This document shows, in pieces, positions 1 through 10,000 of a stretch of 18,323 nucleotides of DNA. The stretch lies in contig CM119264.1 of assembly GCA_051294375.1 (NCBI GenBank), positions 4,035,976 to 4,054,298 on the forward strand, given 5' to 3'. Numbering within the stretch: position 1 is the stretch's first letter; the number at the start of each line of letters is the position of its first letter. The position numbers and the translations under genes were made by a program. The notes beneath the pieces were generated by a model, which saw only the letters and a program-made list of their open reading frames with translations, was not told where the DNA came from and made no database searches. The DNA is from Paraspadella gotoi (Eukaryota; Animalia; Chaetognatha).

Positions 1-14
1 TTTGTTATCGAGTT

Positions 15-104
15 ATTATAAATATTATTTAATATTATAATATAATAAATAATATAAATATTATAAATATAATATTATAAATATTATAAATATTAAATAT
101 ATAA
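15..104. repeat. Pure-AT low-complexity tract (ATAAATATT-like units)
   Basis: No G or C over about 90 nt. Confidence 0.8.
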
Positions 105-219
105 ATCCAAAATTCCTCACTCACCATCATTCATCGCTTCACACGTACGTCAAAAATAACAAAAGAACAAAAAATCTCATCAAAATATAAAAAAAATTGA
201 TGACTAACAAATATTACTA

Positions 220-220
<1 letters not shown>

Positions 221-313
<93 letters not shown>
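221..313. repeat. (ATT)n microsatellite
   Basis: About 31 perfect copies. Confidence 0.97.
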
Positions 314-315
<2 letters not shown>

Positions 316-347
316 ATTATGTAGAAGAGAATAAAAATGATTGTCAC

Positions 348-527
348 GGGGTCACGTGACCAGAGGATCACAAGGTCACGCCCATCGTGAGTCGTCGTCA
401 GCGAAATTCCCAGATTCTTGGATCACGTCCCGATCCTGACCTTAGACCCCTTGACCCTCTGACCCTTGGGTATCTTTGGCCAGAGGTCATTGACCTTGGT
501 TGATATTTGGCCAGAGGGCGATGACCT
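348..527. promoter_or_regulatory. Cluster of RGGTCA half-sites with a perfect IR1 (AGGTCA-T-TGACCT, 484-496) and a palindromic E-box GTCACGTGAC (351-360)
   Basis: Motifs read directly from the sequence; function is not demonstrated. Confidence 0.35.
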
Positions 528-765
528 TTTTCAAGATTCCGTTTCTGGTTTCTCAGAGAAGATAAGAGGGAGAAGCATGTCCATTGACATGGAAGAGGTA
601 TGCTTGTCGTTTGACATGGATAATTTGACAGGGCATGAAGAATAAAGAGTTTTTTTCGAGTAATTAACGATTGACATAATGCTCCACTTCATATTTTTGA
701 ACGGTGAAAGGTTATTACAAAACCTTTTATGTGGTGAAAATTTAACTAAAATGCTAAAAATTAAG

Positions 766-835
766 AATTAAGATGAGTTGAGATGAATTAAGATGAGTTA
801 AGATGAATTAAGATGAATTAAAAGGAATTAAGATG
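766..835. repeat. 10-bp tandem repeat x7 (AATTAAGATG)
   Basis: Directly visible 10-nt period with a few substitutions. Confidence 0.88.
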
Positions 836-1075
836 GTAGCGAACAAGCGATATAAATCAAACAACATACCTATTTCTCTGAGAAAGAGATACAAACCCAA
901 GTCATGGGCCGAAGTTGGACGGGAATAAGGATTTGACCATTTCGCCATAAATGGATCCAATGTTGTCTATAAAGGGAATTTCCGACTCGCGATAAATCCT
1001 TATCAAGCTCTCTAAATCTTGAGCACATTTATTTGACCATCGTCGCGCTGACCGAGATATACAGAGCGGAACGGA

Positions 1076-1142
1076 GTGAGGAGCAGAGGAGAGAGAGACG
1101 GGAGAGAGAGAGAGAGAGTAGAGAGATGAGAGAGAGAGAGAG
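1076..1142. repeat. Imperfect (GA)n microsatellite
   Basis: GA-rich tract. Confidence 0.85.
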
Positions 1143-1470
1143 GAAGGGAAAGACATACCCATATATTTCGACAATTTTATTTCTATTTTTCGACAACAGC
1201 AAAAGTGACAGAGTTTAGGTGACTGTTGTTCACTGTCTTCTCAGATCATCCAAACTGCGGAGGCGACGGCGGCAACGACGACGACGGCAAAATTGACGAC
1301 GTGTTGCGAGGCTGCGTCCGTCGGCATGTTGGTTCCCCACAAATCCGCGAAGTCTATTGACGAAATGTTTTGCATTAAAGTTAGTTAATTAAAGTTTTAA
1401 TTAAAATTTATTAACCTATTTGGGAATATTGAAGGTTTGGAATAGACTTTCTTTTTTTCTTTCTTATTAG

Positions 1471-1476
1471 TTTATT
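1471..1476 (-). terminator. Candidate polyadenylation signal AATAAA of the astacin gene (second candidate at 1407-1412)
   Basis: TTTATT on the + strand about 70 nt past the stop codon. The region is AT-rich, so a chance match is possible. Confidence 0.4.
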
Positions 1477-1547
1477 ATTTCCTTTGCAAATATTCATTAC
1501 ATAAATATAACTTCACAACTTCACCCATTATCCATTATCCGCCATTC

Positions 1548-1840
1548 CTAACCGTTGTAGGCAGAGCCGCAAGTGCCGCAGCTTTTCGCGCATCGGGTCT
1601 GCATGAACTCCTCGTAGCTTCCACTGCAGTATCCCTTTTTGGCCCATGCGTTGCAGTATTGATTCTCGTCCTTGCAGACGGTCCCCTTGCACTTTCCGCA
1701 GGTCTTGGTGCAGAAACGGGACATGTAGCTGGGGTTCTCTTCGCACTGGTCATACTGTTTCCAGTAGGCGCAATACTTGGCTTTGTCCTCGCAGGTTGTG
1801 ATCGGAGGACGAGTCGTGGTCGTCGTGGTTGTGGTCGGAC
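1548..1840 (-). CDS. Astacin exon 11 (terminal): Thr-rich linker plus two ShKT domains (1793-1689 and 1676-1569)
   Basis: CAG acceptor at 1843-1841, phase 1. Translates (G)[96 protein letters not shown]. Both domains have six Cys, a CxD start, a Trp after C2 and a CxKxCGxC end. Confidence 0.95.
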
Positions 1841-2580
1841 CTGTGGGCGAGAGATGGAAAAGAGTCTTTGGGTCAGTGAGCGTGGATGCGATGTGGTATG
1901 CGTGGGGTTGTGGCGGTGGGCCTTACCGCTTGGGCAATTGTACATCAATTTGACCAACTGTGCGTCGGTGTCGCTCAACTGTCGAATAAAGTAAAGGCTG
2001 AAATTAATGATAATTGAACAATATTGCAATAACGCTTCATTTGTAAAAGACGTAAACGTAAATATCATTTCCAATTACGTATTTTACTCTTAATATAAAG
2101 TAGCCAATGGCCAATAGCCAATGGCTAGCCATGGATTAGCGATGATTGATTATAGATGATAGCATTCCGGAATCCTCTTCCTTAATCCTTTCCTCTGTTT
2201 TTATTCATCTGTGATGACTGATGATAGATTAGCAGAATATTGTCCTTTACTTCGCGCCTTAAGTTTTCCTTTTCGACCTGACCCAGTCCTTACCTCCTGC
2301 GCGTTTCCGATGACTTTTTGAAATCTAGAATCCTTAGCGATGATTGTCTTTTGTCCGTTACTAGAGAAGGCCGTCTCTCCGTAGTGCATGATGGAGCGAT
2401 AGTCGTAAGTGATGCCCCGACTGTCCACGTAGTTGGTGTCGTATTTGTCGAAATTGTATCTCATCCCCGCGTGGACGTTGTTCAGGTTGATGGTGACGTA
2501 ACTGTCCCGATCCGGGCGAGTTTGTTCGTGATGAAGACCTTTTGCGGGCGGGGAGAAGGAATGTTTGATACCTGTCTGTC

Positions 2581-2671
<91 letters not shown>

Positions 2672-5600
2672 AATTAATTAATTTGCCTCATTCTATATTT
2701 ATTTTTTCTTTCTTTCTTTTTTTCTTTATTTATTTTTTTATCTTTATCCCTTTTCTTTGTTCCTTTTTCTTTATTACCGCTTTAAACTTTTTTCAGATCT
2801 AATCGAATTCAACAAACCAGATGGCTCTTACGTCTGCAACGACTCACCAATGGCGTGACCTAACTCGTGGACGACAACGCTCTTCCATCTGCAACCCTGA
2901 GCAAGGGTCACAGGTTGACCGCCATTATTAATCACGCCGACGTAGGAGCTGCATCTGTGAAAGGAGAGTCACTTAAGAAGTCTCAACGTGAAATTACAAA
3001 GATATTTCATTGGGCCGATGTAATGAAATAATAAGTGAATACTTACCCGCCGCCATTTTGAAATACAAGACGGTTCTTGTGACCCAATGTTCTCGCCAGT
3101 GCATCTGTGTATGGCTCGAATCGAATGCATGTCCTTTCCTGCCAATTCCTAGTCGGGAGAAAAAAGAATTAGGTTAATGTTGTCAAAAAGTTCGATACAG
3201 CATAGTATAGTTTAGTTTAGTATTATTTAGTATAATAAAGTATTGAATAAATACTGTTAGCGAAAACTCCTGCACATCCGCAAATCCCCTTAAATCCGCT
3301 AATTAGCTAATATTTAAATCCGAGAATTCCCAAATCCGCGAATTCATAAATCCGCGAATTCCCAAATCCGCGAATTCATAAATCCGCGAATCCCGTCAAA
3401 CTAGTCTCACCTCATCGCCTTATAAATCTCGTTCTTGTCTTTGTCGTTGAATCCCTGATTGGCCAAGAATTGATAAGGGAGAACCGCCTTCTTCCAGCGG
3501 TACCGCTGAGCCTTGATGCCCGCCCGCTTTTTTCTCTTTGCCTTCCCGTATAAACTTTTGAACTGATCCTCGGTCATCAGCATGTCCATGTCGACAAGGN
3601 NNNNNNNNNNNNNNNNNNNNNNNNAGATTGTCTGGCATGCGTGCCTTGGCACGGCGCCCGAACTGAAAAAGAATCGTTTTATTTATTGGTAGCCTTGAGA
3701 ATTTTGGTACGGTCTATATCGAAAAACAACGAAATTAGATGGCTAATTTTAAAATGGTCTTTTCTGATTTCTGAGTATTACTTTTAAATCTGGATAAAAA
3801 CCCCCCACTCTAATTCCAACAGTACTGACGCCCTCTGCTCGCACTGTAACCTGCCATCTAATCCTAACGAGTTTACCTACTCTCTATATGACTACAAGTT
3901 CTTCCTCTAATTTTCAAACAAGCCACACCACCTGAACCGCGGGACAGTACCACCTCTGATCTCTAAGTATCGTTTCCTCTAATTTCACCAGTCACACCCC
4001 TCTGAACCACCCAGTACCACGGCTGTCAGAATCCCACAGTACTCTTCTTCTAATTTAAATCAGTACCACACCCTGTGAAACCGCCACGAGTACACCTAAC
4101 CTACCCTAGGGATTCCTTACACCAGTATCTTCCTCTAATTATCACCAGTACCGACCCTCTTGAACCAGCAAATACCATACCCGCTCTATGATACCTAGCA
4201 GTATTGCCGTTCTCACTTTCACAACAAGTAACTCCCACTCTTGAACCCACAGTACCCAACCTCTGTGATTCCCACAGTATCTTCCTCTAATTTCCTCATA
4301 CCTATCCCTCTAACTCTTATTCTCAGTTGCCCGTCGCCCTGTATTCCCATAATTACAACGCCTCTTATTTATTCACTTACCGGCTCTCTCTACTCCCACA
4401 ATACCGGCCATCTTAATGCCGCCACACAGTACCCGGCTCAATTAACTCTCCAGTACCGCCAACTACTCCCACAAGTACCGCCATCTATTCCGCTAGTCCC
4501 TTCCCTTATTCCCACAGTACGACCAGAATCGCGCTCGCCGCCGGCCGACCCCTGAGATTCGTCCTCTGGATCCGCGATGGAAATGACGGCATTCGATGGA
4601 ACGTTCGGGTCGCTATCGACGTTTCTGGCGGAATGTTCGGGCGATTGGCCGGCATTCTCGTCGGATCTCATTGACGGACTACGGGGCTTCGGTTTCTTCG
4701 AACTTGTCGTCGTGTCTTGATACGAAAATTGGCGGAGTCATGCGTGGGAGGCAGAGGTAAGGATGCTTAACAAGTTTACGTTTGATGTTACATATTTAGC
4801 TCGGCGAGTTCTATTATTTGACTTTATGGATCTCTCTCTTGCAACTGATCCTTGGTCAAAAGCATGTCCATGTCGACAAGGAGATCGTCTGGCATGCGTG
4901 CCTTGGCACGCCCGAACTGAAAAGAATCGTTAATTTAATTGGTAGCCTTGAGAATTTGATACGACGTTATATCGACACAACGAAATTAGATGTAATTTTA
5001 AATGGTCTGTTCTGATTTCTGAGTTATTTTAAATGGATAGAAAACCCCCCTTTTCTAATTCCCCAACGAGTACTGCCCCTCGCTCCAAATTACCGCCCAT
5101 CAATCCTACAGTGTTTACCACTCTCTATACTTACGTCATTATCTTCCTCTAATTTCCACAGCACCACCCTTCTGAACCCACAGTTACCACCTCTGAACTC
5201 TACAGTATCTTTCCTTCTAATTTCACAGCACCACGCCTCTGAACCACAGTTACCCACGCTTCAGATCCCACAGTATCTTCTTCTAATTTAAACAGTACCA
5301 CCCTCGTGAACCCACGAGTACCACCTCTGATTCCTACAGTATCTTCCTCTAATTCACAGATACCACCCTCTGAACCACAATACCACTCCTCGTATCCTAC
5401 AGATCTTCTCTAATTTCACCGTTACTCACCCTCTGATGAACCCACAGTACCAACCTCTTGATCCCACAGTATCTTCCTCTAATTCCTCCGTACCTCCCTC
5501 TAATTCTACAGTGCCGCCCCCTGATCCCATAATACAACCCTCTTATTCCACATTACCGCTCTCTACTCCCACAATACCGCCATCTAATCCCACAGTACCG

Positions 5601-7026
5601 CTCTCAACTCTCACAGTACCGCCAACTACTCCCACAGTACCGCCATCTAATCCCGCTGTCCCTTCCCCTTATTCCCACAGTACCGACCAGAACCGCGCTC
5701 GCCGCCGGCCGACCCTGAGATTCGTCCATCTGGAATCCGGCCGAGGAAATGACGGCATCGATGGAACCGTCGGGCGATCGACGTCTGGCGGGAATGTCGG
5801 CGATTGGCGGCATCTCGTCGATCTCATTGACGGACAAACCGGGGGCTTCGGGTTTCTCGAACTTGTCGTCGTCGTCTTGATACGAAATTGGGGGGTGGGA
5901 GGCAGAGGTAAGGATGCTTAAACAAGTTTACGTTTATGTACATATTTAGCTCGGCGAAGTCTATTATTGACTTTAGGGGCAACAAAAAATGAAAATAATT
6001 AAAATGAGATTGCTTTTATAGTTTTAAAACTGACATTGTATTTAATTTATTTTAAAAATAATTACTAATAAAAATGTCATTCACCGNNNNNNNNNNNNNN
6101 NNNNNNNNNNNTAGTAATTATATGACTAATACAATTTGTCATTCACGTGTAGTAATTAATATATACTAATAAAAATGTCATTCACCATTTAAGTAATATA
6201 ATGAACTAATAAAAAATGTCATTCAACTATTAGTAATTAATAATGACTAATAAAATTGTCCATTCACCGTAGTAATTAATAATTACTAATAAAAATGGCA
6301 TTCACCATAGTAATATAAGTTGACTAATAAAATGTCATTTCACCCGTATGTAAATATAATTTACTAATTAAAATGTCATTCACGCATAGTAATTAATAAT
6401 TACTAATAAAATAGTCATTCACCGTAGTAATTAGTAATACTAATCAACAATCGTCATTCACCTATAGGGTATTAATAATTACTAATAAAATGTCATCTTC
6501 ACGCGTAGAATTAGATAATTACTCAATAAAAATGTCATTCACCGTAATAGTAATTAATAATTACTAAGTTAACGGAGAAATGTCATTCACCGTAGTATAA
6601 TTAAGTAATTACTAAATGAAAAATGTCATTCACCGTATTGGTAATTAATAAATTGAACTAATGAAGAAAAAATGCCATTCACCGTAAGGTAATTAATATA
6701 ATTACATGATAAAGAAGATGTCATTCCACATGTAGTAATAATACTTACAATAAAAATGTCATGTCACCGTAAGTAAATTATGAGGAATTACAATAAAAAA
6801 TGTTCATTCACCGTAGTAATCGTCTCATTCGTTTGCTCTTTTTTTTCTCGAATATCTGCGAATTTTTCTTCTCCTGTGCAGACGACGTCTCCCATCTCGA
6901 GGTCGAAGATCCCGCTCAAAATCTGTTATTTAGGGGAGTAATGTTATCTTTTCTCACTCGTTCTCGGTCTGTGTTTCTCTTCTGTTCGCTCTGTATCTGA
7001 ATCTGTATAATCTGATCTCTCTCTCT

Positions 7027-7086
<60 letters not shown>

Positions 7087-10000
7087 TCACCTTTGGGTGT
7101 TCTGAAGGATAATTTGATATCGGACCGTCTCCCGATTCTGTCGGTCGTCGTTGTTGTTGTTTTCGTCTTCGTCAAACAATGGTTTATTGAGCGGAAAGAA
7201 TCAATATGGCGGTGGTGGAGTATGGTATAATCAAAGCCACCTTCTGTGCCATTGAAAGCGTCAGCATTACCTCTGCGACTACAATTTAAAAATGTCAGTT
7301 CCTACCGGATTGGAGAGATCTCATTTTAATCCCTGTAAACAATTGAGTTATTTTCCTCAGGCCCATCCTCACAAAACGTCGGATAGGTCGTCTATCACCC
7401 AAATTACTTAATTCAATTATGTAAAGCCAAGAAATTGTTTAAAATTAAATTTCCAACTTATAAAGGGTTTTGCCTGGTTTGAGAATGACTTTTCAGTAAG
7501 TTCCACAAAATAGATTTAAGCTTTTTTATTTAATTTTAAACACAAGATTATGGCTCCATCTATTCTACATCTCAACAGACCTTACGGGCATTGGTTCCTG
7601 AGGGTTGTCCATTCGCATCTCGTGACGGCGTCGATAGTTCTTTGGCGGCGGAGCGGCGCGCCCAACTTCGGCCGGGGTCGGCGATGGCGTCATCAGAAGA
7701 GGAAAAGAATCTGCTGAGCCGGACCGGAGAAGAGATGGGAGTCCAATGCGAGTAGAATGACTAACAGTACTTTTTAACTCTCATTTAGTATTCTTGTAAA
7801 TATATAGCTAAAATCACGGAACAGCGATACTAGTTATTTTTGGCCGTGAAACGCTTTGTTCCCCTCAAAAAGCACAAAGGCAAAGCCAATGTTGACAAGG
7901 ACAATTCCGAAAAAATAATGCAGATTTCATCCTCTAGTCTCCTTTTCTTCTCCACTCTCCTTTACCTGAGCGAGATCCGACGTGGAGCATGAGAGCGGTT
8001 GACCTGGCATCTACCAGCTGCACCTTACTGATCCAACTTCTTACTCCATCCGCAGTTTTGTCGTATTAATGTGTTCACTCAGAAAGTAATAAGTGGGGGT
8101 TTTTTCTCTCTCTATACGCTCTCGTCAGATTCAAGAAAGACGAAAGTTCTCTGAAAAGAGCAGCAGGCGAAAAAAATATATTAGAATCTTTTAGTTTGTT
8201 CTTACATCTCGCAACGGTACTTATCTTCTCCTAATTGACACCTAGTAATAGTACGAAAAAGCACATATGTACGGTGATAATCTCCTCAGGGCGAGGCGAG
8301 AGCGTTGGCAAAGGTCATTAGAATCTACTCGTGGTGGACTCGTGATCAGTCCTATCGTATATATTATATTTTTCTTATGTATCGTTATATCATAGGTCAT
8401 TTAAAGTTACTTATTAATTTTTATTGGCAAAGAAAGTCTGTGAGAATTGAATGGGGGGGGGGAAATGCGGTTGCTATGGCTCTGTGTGAGGGACGATTGA
8501 CCTTTGAATAATTGGCCCGAAAAGAAAATTGGATTGTGATTTCGCCTTTCTGATGAAGGAGAGCCTGAAGAATGTAAGTGTTGATTGGTTTTTTATATGA
8601 AGTAGTGTTGGTCAAAGAGAGTAGTGTAATTTCGATATCTGTTTATTAATATTTAGACCAGCATAAATGACTCGGCCTAGAGAGCCGGCGCTTGCTCTTC
8701 GCTCGCATTTCGTCGCTGCTCCTTATCGCGTGTTGCGCCTCGGTGTAACATACTCTCTCGGAGAGTTATCGAGGTCTAAATCTCCTCACCTCACAATGTT
8801 CTCTCGGTGCAATTTATAGCACCCCCAGTGTTACTTTTTCGTCCTTTTCTCTTCCCCCTCTTATTTTATTGCTCCTTTACTAACTCTTTACATGTGTGTG
8901 AACCATTTATTTCTTTCACATTTGTGTTTTGATATTAGGCTTACCCGCTTGCTCCTCTCCTCCACCTTGGCCTTATTAGCTCTTTTGCTAGTCATTCTCT
9001 TACTAAAACGCGGATCGGATATATACTTGCGTATCCTCACATATTTTGAGACGGTCTAATTGGATGAATTTTGCAAATCTAGACGTACAAATGTAATTTC
9101 TAAATTGTGGATAATTAAAATCTCTTAGTCTCTCTCTCTTTGCAAACCAACCAAACACCTCTAACGATTAGAGGAAATGTCTTCTCTCTCTTATTTGTTA
9201 ATGCAACATAAAACATCATGCACCAGTTAGATTGTGCATTAGTGCAATCTTCATATACTCTAACTTTCTATCCCCAATGGAACCATAATTTCTGTCCTTG
9301 TATTCGTTCTTTTTTATGAGTCGCGCGACCGAACTATTCTTTCAGTGATTAAAACTCAACAAATCTATTACTTATCAATCTTGTGTCTTCTCTCGATAGG
9401 TCCAGCTGCTTTTTCCTGGATTACAAGTATCGTTCTCTTGTCTACACACCATGTATAGAAGATTATTCCTTGTTATATTAATGATAGTATATTTTTTAAC
9501 GAATAATATGTTCTTGGCCCATGTCCAAGGAAACGATCGCGAGGGAGCGAGATGGCCAAAAGAAACAGAGCAATAATGATTCTGATGATTTCTTAGTTGT
9601 TCACAAAATTTAATATCTTGGTGAAAAAATCATCATCATCATTTCATCTTTCGATGATTTTATTCAGTTTTTTTATATTTTAACTTAGGAAAACGTAAAA
9701 TCCATTTCAAAAATTTTAGATTTTAAAAAATATTTTTTTTGCTCAAACTATAGTATATTATATTTATTTAATTAGGGCGAAGATCTCACCCTACAGAAGA
9801 TTATGCAAGCCATATTATATATGACAGAAAAAATGATATGTAGAGAATAGCAGTAGAGTGCATATGAGAGGGAGTCTGGATAGATAGATTTTAACGTGAT
9901 AATACGCAATGTAGAATGAGAGAGAGAAGAAGGCTCTCATTTAAGAATTGCAATCGCGGCTATAGGGTGTATTGAGTCCAATCAGGAGTATTGAAGGTTT

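Noticed and set aside
1159-1327. Selenoprotein or readthrough ORF (in-frame TGA at 1243-1241 followed by a Cys-rich frame)
   Set aside because: No known selenoprotein motif and no SECIS identified; splicing to the next acceptor in that phase meets TAA within a few codons.
1528-2074. ORF-track entries 1535-2074, 1528-1746 and 1659-1994 as independent genes
   Set aside because: They are alternative-frame or antisense overlaps of astacin exons 10-11; only [17 protein letters not shown] is in the true frame.
3407-3652. Frameshift or pseudogenisation of the astacin at the N run
   Set aside because: The 25 Ns are a placeholder; removing them restores the frame, and all catalytic residues are intact.
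5436-5921. Mucin-like Pro/Ser/Thr ORF on the + strand (also 4241-4555)
   Set aside because: By-product of the 21-bp (7-codon) minisatellite plus the antisense of exon 5; no signal peptide, and the frame is not preserved between the two copies.
6057-6820. CRISPR-like array (38-bp periodicity)
   Set aside because: Units are head-to-tail with no unique spacers, there are no cas genes, and the context is a eukaryotic intron; the variation looks like indel noise.
6790-8185. Genuine paralogue or pseudogene of astacin exons 1-4
   Set aside because: Divergence is insertion-dominated, similar in exons and introns, and starts at a 25-N gap. This fits raw long-read error better than evolution, though it is not formally excluded.
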